64,000 nt of DNA from Candidatus Bathyarchaeia archaeon (GCA_050015395.1 JBEKBM010000001.1:64001-128000); one strand, 5' to 3'. Shown: positions 29,924 through 39,686, counted from the first letter of the stretch. Numbers and translations: made by a program. The notes: generated by a model not told the origin, from the sequence alone.

Positions 29924-30433
29924 ATGAAAACGGAACTATGCAGTTTCTGCTTAAAAAGCGGCATTCTATGCCAAAAATGCTCAGCTAAGGTAAAATCTGG
30001 CGAAATCAGTCAGATAGACCTGAAAATAGCCCGTTTACTGCTCTCTTTAGAAGAGAAATATCCTTCCCTGCAAAACGTCTGTTTCTACAAAGCAATTGAA
30101 GTAGAAAAAACCTTAGCCATCATCGTTGGACACGGAGACGTGCCAAGACTTTTAGGTTACAGTGGCAAGATCATCAAAGCCTTAAGCGATGAAACTGGCA
30201 AGAATGTTCGCGTATTAGAGTATGGTGTTGATGACCGCAAATTCCTAGAAGACCTATTCATACCCTTCAGCATACTAACAATCAACACGATTTGGCTTCC
30301 AGATGGAACAACCGAAACCAGAGTTATCCTGAAGCGGAAACGTGGCGCACAGTTGCCTTTTGACCTTAAGGCTTTAAAGGAAATCGCCAGTAAAGTACGT
30401 AAAATGTCCTTACGCGTAGAAATCGCAGATTAA
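29924..30433 (+). CDS. NusA-like KH-domain protein with N-terminal zinc motif
   Basis: C.FC.KSGILC..C N-terminus, KH-like G..GKIIKAL and INTIWLPDG. Confidence 0.75.
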   Translation: MKTELCSFCLKSGILCQKCSAKVKSGEISQIDLKIARLLLSLEEKYPSLQNVCFYKAIEVEKTLAIIVGHGDVPRLLGYSGKIIKALSDETGKNVRVLEYGVDDRKFLEDLFIPFSILTINTIWLPDGTTETRVILKRKRGAQLPFDLKALKEIASKVRKMSLRVEIAD

Positions 30434-30449
30434 GGATTGGCGAACAAAC

Positions 30450-31769
30450 ATGAACTTGGACTTGATTGATGGATGGATTAGAACCCATTATACCTGTAAC
30501 GTGACACCACAAACAGACGGTCAAGAAGTTACTCTTTTCGGTTGGGTTCAAGAAATCCGCGACCTAGGAGGAATCCGCTTTATTATACTTCAAGACCGAG
30601 AAGGAACAATCCAAATAACCATTCCTAAAAAAAGAATAGCGCCTGAAGTTTTAGGCAAGTCAGACCTTGCACAGAAAAGATTCAGTTTAGCAGTTAGGGG
30701 AACGGTTAAAAAAACAAACATGACGCCAAGAGGCGTCGAAGTAATACCTGTGGAAATCAAAATCTTAAGCGAAGCCACACCTCAACTTCCCATCGATATT
30801 ACAGGGAAAACGCCAGCCAACATAGAAGCACGCTTAGACGCAAGACCGCTGGATCTTTGCCAAGAAAAAAACTTTGCCGTCTTCAAAATCCAGCACATCG
30901 CCCTTGAAGCAATACGAAGCTTCCTATTCCAGAAAGGTTTTTTGGAAGTTCACACTCCACGAATTATTGCTTCTGCAACTGAAGGCGGTGCAGAGCTTTT
31001 CACTGTTGATTATTTTGGTCAAAAAGCGTACCTCGCGCAAAGCCCACAACTCTACAAAGAAGAATTAACGCTAAGCTTTGAGAAAGTCTTTGAGGTTGGA
31101 CCTTTCTTTAGGGCAGAAGAATCGCACACTCGCAGGCACTTAAGCGAGTTCGTTTCCGTTGACATTGAAGAGGCTTTTGCAAACGCTCAAGACGTCATGC
31201 AACTTCTTGAACAAGTCATACATCACGCTTGCACTACAGTAAGGGAGAAGTGTACCAACGAGCTGTCTGCGCTCAAATACAAGTTTGAAATCCCAGAGAT
31301 TCCGTTCAAACGTTTAACCTACGACCAAGTTCTCGGTGACCTCAAAAAGCAAGGAGTAACGATTCCTTGGGGCGAAGACATACCCACGGAAGCCTTCAGA
31401 GAACTAGGCAAACTCTACCCATTCTTCTACTTCATAACAGACTGGCCAACACATGCAAAGGCATTCTACATTAAACCGCGGGGTGACAAGCCTGAACTTT
31501 GCGAAGGTTTCGATTTAATGTGGCGGTACATAGAACTGGTGTCGGGCGGAACGAGAATTTCCCAAAAAGACCAGCTCATCCAAAGGCTGAAAGAGAAAGG
31601 GTTGAACCCTGAATCGTTCAAGTATCACTTGCAAGCGTTCGATTATGGGATGCCGCCTCACGCCGGATGGGCTATTGGGCTTGAGCGGTTAACAATGATT
31701 TTGACTGGGAAAAAGAATATCCGAGAAGTAACGCTTTACCCGCGTGACAGGGTTAGGTTAACGCCATAA
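30450..31769 (+). CDS. aspS: Aspartate-tRNA ligase, archaeal type (probably non-discriminating)
   Basis: GWVQEIRDLGG, ATEGGAELF, LAQSPQLYK, FRAEESHT.RHL.EF and GMPPHAGW.IGLERL. Confidence 0.95.
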   Translation: MNLDLIDGWIRTHYTCNVTPQTDGQEVTLFGWVQEIRDLGGIRFIILQDREGTIQITIPKKRIAPEVLGKSDLAQKRFSLAVRGTVKKTNMTPRGVEVIPVEIKILSEATPQLPIDITGKTPANIEARLDARPLDLCQEKNFAVFKIQHIALEAIRSFLFQKGFLEVHTPRIIASATEGGAELFTVDYFGQKAYLAQSPQLYKEELTLSFEKVFEVGPFFRAEESHTRRHLSEFVSVDIEEAFANAQDVMQLLEQVIHHACTTVREKCTNELSALKYKFEIPEIPFKRLTYDQVLGDLKKQGVTIPWGEDIPTEAFRELGKLYPFFYFITDWPTHAKAFYIKPRGDKPELCEGFDLMWRYIELVSGGTRISQKDQLIQRLKEKGLNPESFKYHLQAFDYGMPPHAGWAIGLERLTMILTGKKNIREVTLYPRDRVRLTP

Positions 31770-31792
31770 GCCTGTTTGCTTTTGGTTACATT

Positions 31793-31816
31793 TTTGTGGT
31801 TGTTTTTTGCCACAAA
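31793..31816 (+). terminator. Hairpin with T-rich flanks downstream of aspS
   Basis: TTTGTGG...CCACAAA inverted repeat about 25 nt after the stop codon. Confidence 0.4.
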
Positions 31817-31992
31817 TAGCAGGGTAGGTCTATCGGTAGGCGGCTTTGGTTAGGGTTTGTTTTGGGTTGCTTTTTTGGTTTAGGGCTTATTTTGGGTTTA
31901 GGTTGAAATGTGAAAAAGGCGAAAAGTTAGAAAATTATGAAGTCTTTTTGGGGCATAGTTGAGTTTTCGCATTTCATCTGGGGCTGTAGATG

Positions 31993-33153
31993 CTACTTGA
32001 AAGTCGCTGTTTGACATGAACACATGTTTGCTCTTATCCACTCTCTGAAAAGCACATCTTCTATGAAGTAAACACCGTCCGAATGCTCCACAAGAGACCC
32101 CTTTTCTAGAGAATGAAGCGACTTCATGATGTGTGAAGCAGAAATCAAAGCATGCTTAGCCACAAAATCCACCGAAGAAATATTTTTAACCTGTACCTCT
32201 TTCGCAATAGCCAACAGCAATCTTTTCTGGCCTGAAGATAAAGAATCCCAAATACCTGAGAAATAATCCCCATGTTGCGAGAGAATTGTATTCAGCGCCA
32301 CCGCAATGTCTTCCTGAGCCACCTTTTTCCTTTCGGTACTCATGCTCCATAGCTCATGGCATAGTTGTTGTGTCAGATAGGGATGACCTTCAGTAAAGTC
32401 GAGAATGGACTGTACAATTTCTGGCCTTATGGAAATATTGGTTGCTTTGAATTTGCTAGATATAAACGCGGAAAATTCTGGCAAAGGGATTCTTTCAAGA
32501 GGAAAGGGCTTGGCAAATTTATAGAAGGGTCGTCTCTCTTGACCGAACATTTCAGTCATAATATGCTGCTTGCTTCCAGCGAAGAGATACGTAACATCTT
32601 TATGCCTCTGAAAACTGCTCCTCACGGTTTTCTCTAAACTTAACCCATCCATAGTTGTTATCTCCTGAAACTCATCAAAGGCGACAACCAGCCGCTTCTT
32701 TTTAGCTTCTGCTAACTTCTGTGGCGCATCAATTATTTTGGCTAGAACTTTTTCGGTTCCTTGAGCTATTGCCTCTTTTTTGAAGCTAACGCTTATGCTG
32801 CCATCGCTGTTTAGCGTAACTTCAGGGCTAAGACCCGAAATTTGTTCCCTCAAGAAATCGCCAATTCTTTGCAAAGACCCTTGTGAAGGTACAACCGTTT
32901 CCTGAATTATTTTATCTATAAAATCGGGTACGGTCAAACAGCCGTAAACATCAATATAGGCAGTGACGAGTCCATCTTTTTTTAATTGATCAAGTACTCT
33001 AAAAATCAGCGATGTTTTACCATAGCGCCGTGGAGAATACAACAGTACATTTTGTCCACTTTTTAGATCTTCAAAAAGTTGCTTAGTTTCCCTCTCTCTA
33101 TCTGCAAAATTATCACCTGAAACAATCTTTCCGTACGTGAAAGGATTTATCAA
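31993..33153 (-). CDS. Archaeal AAA+/STAND-like ATPase with C-terminal wHTH
   Basis: NPF.YG, FADRERE, Walker A SPRRYGKTS, Walker B DEFQ, AGS and GHPY.TQ.LC. Confidence 0.88.
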   Translation of the reverse strand: MINPFTYGKIVSGDNFADRERETKQLFEDLKSGQNVLLYSPRRYGKTSLIFRVLDQLKKDGLVTAYIDVYGCLTVPDFIDKIIQETVVPSQGSLQRIGDFLREQISGLSPEVTLNSDGSISVSFKKEAIAQGTEKVLAKIIDAPQKLAEAKKKRLVVAFDEFQEITTMDGLSLEKTVRSSFQRHKDVTYLFAGSKQHIMTEMFGQERRPFYKFAKPFPLERIPLPEFSAFISSKFKATNISIRPEIVQSILDFTEGHPYLTQQLCHELWSMSTERKKVAQEDIAVALNTILSQHGDYFSGIWDSLSSGQKRLLLAIAKEVQVKNISSVDFVAKHALISASHIMKSLHSLEKGSLVEHSDGVYFIEDVLFREWIRANMCSCQTATFK

Positions 33154-33173
33154 TGTTGTTACCCAGATTTTAA

Positions 33174-33213
33174 ATTATACCTCTGGGTATAATACCTTAC
33201 GGTATAATACCGT
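33174..33213. promoter_or_regulatory. Phased palindromic operator-like array upstream of the ATPase gene
   Basis: GGTATAATACC at 33186 and 33201 (15-bp period), plus ATTATACC/GGTATAAT inverted repeat at 33174-33193. Confidence 0.6.
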
Positions 33214-33291
33214 TAAGTAACATTTTTTCGAACTAAACAGGGACAACAGGCCAATTAATATTGTGGTTACCTACAGAATAAACCAAAGAGC

Positions 33292-34737
33292 TCAGCGTTT
33301 TGATTCCTGAAAAAGCTCACCTATGTACTCGTTGACTGCTTTGCCGTGTTTTTTGGCTACCCGCTTTATAGCGTCATTTATGCCTGTTGAGTACTGCACC
33401 GCTTTTTTGGGTTTATCCACCATTGAATTTGGCATGCCAACATTCAAAGCAACCTTCCTCAAAACGAGCTTTCGCAGCGTGTCTGGTTTCTGCTCAATTT
33501 TACATTCCAGTGGCAAGCTTAAAGCAAACTCGGCAAGCTCAAACGATGCAAACGGCAAACGCAGCTCCACATCATGAAAACCCGTGATTTTGAGGTCGCG
33601 TTCAAGATTGCTCTCATGAATCCTAACCACGTCATTAAACATTGTTTTTCGAACTTTTTCGCTTCCCTCTTTGCAATACTCGTTGACGTAGCGTTGGTAG
33701 CCTCCGAACAGTTCATCCGCACCCTGCCCAGCCAACATCACCCGGAAGCCTGCTTCAGCCGCTTTTTCTGCTGCCCAATAAAACGGCAATCCAACGCTGG
33801 CTTTAATCGGGTCAGGCTCCTCAATTAGCTCTACTGCTTTGGGCAAAGTCTTTTCCACGTCAGAATCCTTGAACAAATGCACTTGAAGGGGCAGATTCAA
33901 TCCGTCTGATGCTTTGATTGCCTCTTCAGTTTCTGCTTGGTTTTCCATGCTTACATGGAGCAGGTTAACTTTCACTCCAAGCTTACTTGCCAAAAAAGCA
34001 ACTAAGCTGCTGTCTAATCCTCCTGAAAACGCGACCGCAACCTCCTTCACGTCATATGTGCGCCTTCGGATTGATTCTTCAAGAAGAGCTTGAAGCCTCT
34101 TTGCCGCCTCATCCAACGTTATCGGCGTAGGTTCTGCGTAAGTTAGCGTTTTGACGGGTTTGAACTGGAAGCCTTCACAATTCACAAAGGCTATGTTTCC
34201 AGGCGGAAAAGACGTTGGTTTTTCTATTCCCAGTTTCCACAGTGCTTTTCGGTTTGTAGCAACGGCGGCAACGCTTTGGTTTTCGCCGTAATAGAGCGGC
34301 TGAACTCCTACTGGGTCTCTTCCCGCCGCAATCCAACCATCCTTGAGCATTAGAAACGAATAATCCCCATCCGCATTCGCGATTAGTGTTTGCAGGAGGG
34401 CTTCGCAGTGGAGCGGTTCCTTAGCAACCTGTTCCAAGACGGCGGCTTTCGGTATAGGCGAGTAGACTCTTCCTTCGAAAACAAGCGCTGAGTCCTCCAA
34501 CTGCAAAAACTCATAACCGCCCGCCGACTTAGGTTTCGAGGAAACATAGCCAACCATAGCTGATGAAACTAAACCTTGCCTGCTCATGATGTCAAGGTTT
34601 TTGTCTAAAAGACTCTTCGTCGGGGAAACTAACCCAAAATGGCAAGTCCGCACATCACCGAGCGCTTGAAGTAATTCAAGAACCCGCTCAACTACGTTAT
34701 TGCGCTGCTTATCTAATACTGCAACAGTTACCTTCAT
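33292..34737 (-). CDS. Asparagine synthetase B-like protein lacking the N-terminal Cys
   Basis: RDPVGVQPLYY, FSGGLDSS, GQGADELFGGY and KKAVQYSTG. The protein starts MKVTV, with no Cys nucleophile. Confidence 0.85.
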   Translation of the reverse strand: MKVTVAVLDKQRNNVVERVLELLQALGDVRTCHFGLVSPTKSLLDKNLDIMSRQGLVSSAMVGYVSSKPKSAGGYEFLQLEDSALVFEGRVYSPIPKAAVLEQVAKEPLHCEALLQTLIANADGDYSFLMLKDGWIAAGRDPVGVQPLYYGENQSVAAVATNRKALWKLGIEKPTSFPPGNIAFVNCEGFQFKPVKTLTYAEPTPITLDEAAKRLQALLEESIRRRTYDVKEVAVAFSGGLDSSLVAFLASKLGVKVNLLHVSMENQAETEEAIKASDGLNLPLQVHLFKDSDVEKTLPKAVELIEEPDPIKASVGLPFYWAAEKAAEAGFRVMLAGQGADELFGGYQRYVNEYCKEGSEKVRKTMFNDVVRIHESNLERDLKITGFHDVELRLPFASFELAEFALSLPLECKIEQKPDTLRKLVLRKVALNVGMPNSMVDKPKKAVQYSTGINDAIKRVAKKHGKAVNEYIGELFQESKR

Positions 34738-34892
34738 ACTTTCATACCCTCACACACTCAAGTACTACGTACATTCTGCAATAGGTATTGGTAAAACATT
34801 AATCTTTAACGATTTTAACGTATTTTTTTGCCTTACCGTTTTAATTATGAATGAGACATTTATTATAACCGGCATTTCTAGCAACTTGTAAG

Positions 34893-34985
34893 CGAAGAAC
34901 AATTGGAAACTTTTAACTCAAGGTTGGCATGTCGCGGCTGTGTCTGCCGAGCGGAAAAATTGTTGTCAGCAACGAGCATAGTTAA
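34893..34985 (+). pseudogene. Frameshifted remnant resembling the C-terminal tail of archaeal tyrosine integrases
   Basis: With two frameshifts it reads EEQLETF/TQGWHVAAV/LPSGKIVVSNEHS*. The resemblance is recalled from memory and not searched. Confidence 0.4.
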
Positions 34986-35178
34986 GAAAAAGACTTATAC
35001 GTAATGAGAGAGAAGTTAGAGGTAGATATTTGCCCGCAGAAAAAGAGTTTGAGCCTCATTCGTATCGCTTGGAACGGCAATGACTTTGCCAAGGACTACC
35101 CAAAGTCACTGTCGCCGTCCATGTTTGTCGGCTGTCGGCTCTCCTTTCTACTTTAGGCTATCTGCCCTCAAACTTCAT

Positions 35179-35466
35179 CTATTGTTTCTTCTTATCACTT
35201 GGATTTAATATGTACAGCTTTTTGATACCGTTAGGCTCATTCGTTGGTCTCAGAACAATGTTTTTGAATTCTCCTCTCCGTTGCAATCGCCTAATTCCGC
35301 CTCTGACAGACTCCAAATTGACATCTTCAGAAGAAAGAACTACAGCATAACCCTTTTTTATGCTACCAAGTATTTCTCGGTAAGGCGTATATCTTTTCGT
35401 CTCTGGAACAACTTCTTCTGGTACAACAGTTAGATTAGCTATATCAAGTGCTGATTTCTTTGCCAT
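35179..35466 (-). CDS. Hypothetical basic protein, possibly from a mobile element
   Basis: 95 aa ORF with ATG start and an upstream TATA-like TATAAATA. Confidence 0.6.
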   Translation of the reverse strand: MAKKSALDIANLTVVPEEVVPETKRYTPYREILGSIKKGYAVVLSSEDVNLESVRGGIRRLQRRGEFKNIVLRPTNEPNGIKKLYILNPSDKKKQ

Positions 35467-35547
35467 TAGTCATCGCTCTTCTATATGCCTTGCACTGGTA
35501 TTTATAGTTAGTGTCTGCGATGCTTTGGCTGTCTGGTTAGTAACGGC

Positions 35548-35810
35548 TATTACAGGTTACTATAGGTTACTATAGCAACAGATACTTTTTTGTACCTTTT
35601 TAGTACTTTGCAGTAACTGAATTGGTACCGCTGAAATACTCACTCACTATAAAGCACTCTAACGCACTGCGAAGCACCTATGCTGCACCTATGCGCACGC
35701 TATGGGCACGCTATGCGCTTGCATGTACATAAATATGAAAAGATACGGAAAAGTAGGATAGTTCACAGATTGTACAGCTTAGTGCATTGAGTGCATTGAA
35801 TGCATTTTTT
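35548..35810. repeat. Cluster of short degenerate tandem repeats (9-11 bp period)
   Basis: TATTACAGGT/TACTATAGGT/TACTATAGCA, GCACCTATGCT/GCACCTATGC/GCACGCTATGG/GCACGCTATGC and AGTGCATTG x2 plus AATGCATT. Confidence 0.7.
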
Positions 35811-35954
35811 GTACACATTTGACACAGACACAAACGGTAAATTAATTAGCTCATTTTTGTAAAAAGTTAAAACAAAACATACGTATTGTGAGTTTTTTAC
35901 GGACAAAACATTAATCTTTAATCTGCATATCCTTCACTCTGAGGAAACACTAAC

Positions 35955-37289
35955 TTGCCTATCCTACCTATAGATACTGGTCGTTACGGAACACCAGAAA
36001 TGCTAAAAATCTTCGAAGAGGAAACTCGAGTTCAAAAATTGCTTGATGTTGAAGCTGCTTTAGCTTTAGCACACGCTGAAGTGGGCAATATTCCAAAGAA
36101 AGACGCGGAAAAAATCGCCGCCATGGCTTCAACCAAGTACGTAAAAGTTGAACGAGTTAAAGCTATTGAAAAAGAGATAAAGCATGATATTGCCTCGCTG
36201 GTTCGTGCGCTCTCCGAAGCTTGCGGTCCAAGCGGCGCCTACGTACATTTGGGCGCAACAAGCTACGACATCGTAGACACTGCTAACGCCTTGCAACTAA
36301 AGGATGCTTTAGGGCTTATCGAGAAAAAGCTATCCGATTTGAAGGAAATATTGAAAAAGCAAGCGGCTCAGCATAAAGGAACGGTGATGATTGGCAGAAC
36401 CCATGGGCAACACGCCTTGCCGATTACTTTGGGCTTTAAGTTTGCGGTTTGGGGCTACGAGGTTAACAGGCACATTGAACGGTTAAACGAGTGCAAAAAA
36501 CGCGTCTTAGTGGGAAAAATAAGCGGCGCAGTGGGTACGCAGGCTGGTTTAGGTGAGCATGCCACGGTGATTCAGGAGCTTGTAATGGAAAGGCTTGGTC
36601 TGCGTGCAGCCGAGATTTCAACACAGATTGTTCAGAGAGACCGTTACGCTGAACTTGTTTGCGCTTACGCGATGGTTGCTTCTTCGCTGGAGAATTTTGC
36701 AACCGAGATACGGGAGCTCCAAAGACCTGAAATCGGCGAGCTCTCTGAGGCGTTTGAAGCGGACAAGCAGGTCGGCAGCTCCACGATGCCGCATAAACAG
36801 AACCCTGAAACATGCGAGAGAGTTTGCGGTTTAGCCCGAATCGTCCGAAGCCTCAGCACTCCCGCATTGGAAGACATGATTACGTGGCATGAACGAGATT
36901 TAACGCAGTCATCAGCTGAACGCTTCATTCTGCCAGAATCAAACATTCTGCTTGACTACATGCTCAACTTAATGTGCAATATTATCGCTAACCTGCGGGT
37001 CGATAGCCAGCGGATGCTGCAGAATCTATCGTTGACTCAGGGACGCGCCATGTCTGAAGCGGTAATGATGGCGTTGACAAAGAAAGGCGTGAACAGGCAG
37101 GAAGCACACGAGTTACTGAGGAAACTGACAATTCAAAGTGCGCTGGAAAAGCGGGACTTCAAGCAAGTTCTCCTCCAAGACAAATTCGTAAGCAGCAAAA
37201 TGAGCGAAAAAGAGATAGATGAAGCATTAAACCCGAAGAACTATTTGGGCACGGCAATCAAACAGGCTGAAAAATTTGCTAAAAGCTAA
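35955..37289 (+). CDS. purB: Adenylosuccinate lyase
   Basis: HLGATSYD, GRTHGQHA.P, GSSTMPHKQNP and WHERDL. Confidence 0.96.
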   Translation: MPILPIDTGRYGTPEMLKIFEEETRVQKLLDVEAALALAHAEVGNIPKKDAEKIAAMASTKYVKVERVKAIEKEIKHDIASLVRALSEACGPSGAYVHLGATSYDIVDTANALQLKDALGLIEKKLSDLKEILKKQAAQHKGTVMIGRTHGQHALPITLGFKFAVWGYEVNRHIERLNECKKRVLVGKISGAVGTQAGLGEHATVIQELVMERLGLRAAEISTQIVQRDRYAELVCAYAMVASSLENFATEIRELQRPEIGELSEAFEADKQVGSSTMPHKQNPETCERVCGLARIVRSLSTPALEDMITWHERDLTQSSAERFILPESNILLDYMLNLMCNIIANLRVDSQRMLQNLSLTQGRAMSEAVMMALTKKGVNRQEAHELLRKLTIQSALEKRDFKQVLLQDKFVSSKMSEKEIDEALNPKNYLGTAIKQAEKFAKS

Positions 37290-37292
37290 GAA

Positions 37293-39539
37293 CTAAAAAT
37301 CTGAAAGCGCTCTCTGCTTAAATTCTTGCTCTCTATCGAGTTTTTCCCATGTGTCCTTTTTTACGAATCCGCCGACTTGTTCCTTAATTTTCTTAGCTAA
37401 CCTTGGCCCCACAAGCGGCAAATTAGTCAAGTCCTCGACTGACGCGTGCTTTATGTCTTCTATGGTTTTGTATCCTGCGTTATACATTATGCGTCCGCGG
37501 ACTCTGCCTACCCCTTCCAGCCGGACAATGGGCAGTAGCTCTTTCTTTATGCCTTTAGAAACCCTCTCCACCAACTCGTTGGTGAGTGGCAAAACCTCTT
37601 TTTCTCCGAAAAGCGAAGCTAACTCGTCGGTAGCGTGAAGCAGCCACTTTGCATTCTCAATGGTTCGATACAGGTCGCCGGGCTGCACGTTGAACTGCTC
37701 GATGAGTTTTTCTTCGCTGACTTCCTCAATCCAACTCTTCATCACCAAGGCAGTTTTGATTTCGCCAAGAAACTCCTCGTATGAAAAGTGGTCGCCCCAC
37801 TCGTTTGGAACATCAGTGAAAAGTTCATCTTTGTGCTCTTCCAGCTGAACCGCCAGCGCATCACACTCTCGCGTGTAGGGTCTCATTACTGGCCCCATGT
37901 CGGGCGTGTGAGAAATCAAATGAAGCAAACCAAAATCTGTTAGAGAAGCAGGTTTGTTTCTTAGGGCGTCGCGGATTACAACTGCTGAGAGTGGGTCAAT
38001 GTAGAGTTCGCTTACTCGTTTCCCGAACTTTGTTGCGTAGATGTTGTCTCCGCTGAAATCAATCATTTGCTCGTCATAGAGGTACTTTAGGATTTTACCA
38101 ATGATGCTCTTAATGGCTTTCACGTCGTATTGGTAAGCGTAGAAGGTTTTGCCGAAGAACTCGTAAATACCATTCTCTGAATGAGCAAAATCTGACGCGA
38201 CAGTTGCCAACACATGTCCTCGGATTATTTTTTCAACCCCCAGCCTAGACCAAATCCGCTCAGGCTTAGCCAAAACGTAGCCTTCCATCAAATAGTCCGC
38301 TTCACCCGAGGTTTTGGCGATAAGGATTGATTCACCCACCTTATCGTATTTTGGTCTTCCAGCCCTGCCCGCCATCTGCTTATACTCCAACACGCTAATC
38401 GGGTAGTTCCCATAGCCTGGCTCAAAACGCCTGTAATCCTGAATAATAACCGTTCGCGCCGGAAGATTAACACCAAACGCTAACGTAGGCGTGGCAGTCA
38501 ACACTTTGATTTTTCCCTCCTTAAAGGAATCCTCAATCAGCTTACGATGCACACCCGCCAAGCCGGCATGGTGAAAAGCTGTGCCGCACCGAACAAGCTC
38601 AGCGAGAGTTTCGCTGATTTGGGTTCGCTCGCCGGCAGCGAGGATTTTTTGTGCTTCATGTTCCAGCGTTCGCTTCATAGGCTTAGATAAGACTTCGCCT
38701 GTATGTTGGGCAATGGTTTTTGCCGCTGAAACCGAGTTTTTCCTTGTTGAAGCAAAAACTAACGCTTGCCCACCAGTCTTCAGAGTGTTCAAAACCAGGT
38801 TTACTGTGGGGTAGCGTGTTTTCTTTTCGATTTTTCTTGCGTCTCCATCCTTGTACTGGATTTCCTCATTCAAAATCACGCCTTCCTTAAGCGAGACTGG
38901 ACGCCACTCAGTCACAACGTAGCTGGCTTTTAGCCACGATGCGATTTCGTCAACATTGTTTATGGTGGCGCTTAACGCTAAAACCTGAATGTCAGGATTA
39001 ACCTGCAACAGCCTTGCAAGCACCACTTCAAGGGTTGGACCGCGCCCCGCATCGTTTAAAAGGTGAACCTCATCCGCAACCACCAGGGAGATGTCGTCCA
39101 TCCATTTGGCACGGTGCCGCAAAAGCGAATCGGCTTTCTCGTTCGTTGAAATTATGACATCATAGCGCTCGAGCCATGTGTCGGCGGTGTCAAAGTCGCC
39201 TGTGCTGATGCCCACGCTGACTTTTCTGCCATCCGCCTTTCTGATGGACGAGTATTTTCTGAATTCTTCAAACTTTTCACTTGCCAACGCTCGGAGTGGC
39301 GAGAGGTAAATTACTTTGCCGTTCTTCTCCAGCACATGTTTGAGACCGCAGAGTTCAGCAATCAACGTTTTACCTGAAGCGGTTGGGCTAGCCAAAACGA
39401 TGTTTTTGCCGTCTAGCACTCCTGCCCGTATGGTTTCTTCTTGAGGAGGAAACAACTCTGTAATCCCCAAGTTAAGCAGTATTTCCTTGACTTGTTCTGG
39501 AACGGGCAACTCTGCAATCTTCAACTTTAAACTCGCCAT
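37293..39539 (-). CDS. hel308: Ski2-like DNA helicase Hel308/Hjm
   Basis: PTASGKT, DEVH, SAT, FHHAGL, GVNLPA, QMAGRAGRP and C-terminal HhH. Confidence 0.93.
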   Translation of the reverse strand: MASLKLKIAELPVPEQVKEILLNLGITELFPPQEETIRAGVLDGKNIVLASPTASGKTLIAELCGLKHVLEKNGKVIYLSPLRALASEKFEEFRKYSSIRKADGRKVSVGISTGDFDTADTWLERYDVIISTNEKADSLLRHRAKWMDDISLVVADEVHLLNDAGRGPTLEVVLARLLQVNPDIQVLALSATINNVDEIASWLKASYVVTEWRPVSLKEGVILNEEIQYKDGDARKIEKKTRYPTVNLVLNTLKTGGQALVFASTRKNSVSAAKTIAQHTGEVLSKPMKRTLEHEAQKILAAGERTQISETLAELVRCGTAFHHAGLAGVHRKLIEDSFKEGKIKVLTATPTLAFGVNLPARTVIIQDYRRFEPGYGNYPISVLEYKQMAGRAGRPKYDKVGESILIAKTSGEADYLMEGYVLAKPERIWSRLGVEKIIRGHVLATVASDFAHSENGIYEFFGKTFYAYQYDVKAIKSIIGKILKYLYDEQMIDFSGDNIYATKFGKRVSELYIDPLSAVVIRDALRNKPASLTDFGLLHLISHTPDMGPVMRPYTRECDALAVQLEEHKDELFTDVPNEWGDHFSYEEFLGEIKTALVMKSWIEEVSEEKLIEQFNVQPGDLYRTIENAKWLLHATDELASLFGEKEVLPLTNELVERVSKGIKKELLPIVRLEGVGRVRGRIMYNAGYKTIEDIKHASVEDLTNLPLVGPRLAKKIKEQVGGFVKKDTWEKLDREQEFKQRALSDF

Positions 39540-39686
39540 TAATTAGTTAATTTATCACTTATTTGAACGAGCTAATTAATAGAATTAGCCGTAGCGAAAA
39601 CTGTTTTTTCAGCTACATTTTTCTATTTGAACTAGATAATAGCAAGGTGACGAGTTATCTTATCCCTCAAAACAGGAGGATACTGT

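Noticed and set aside
35548-35830. Repeat cluster considered as a CRISPR array
   Set aside because: The units are 9-11 bp, adjacent and degenerate, with no unique spacers and no cas genes in the window.
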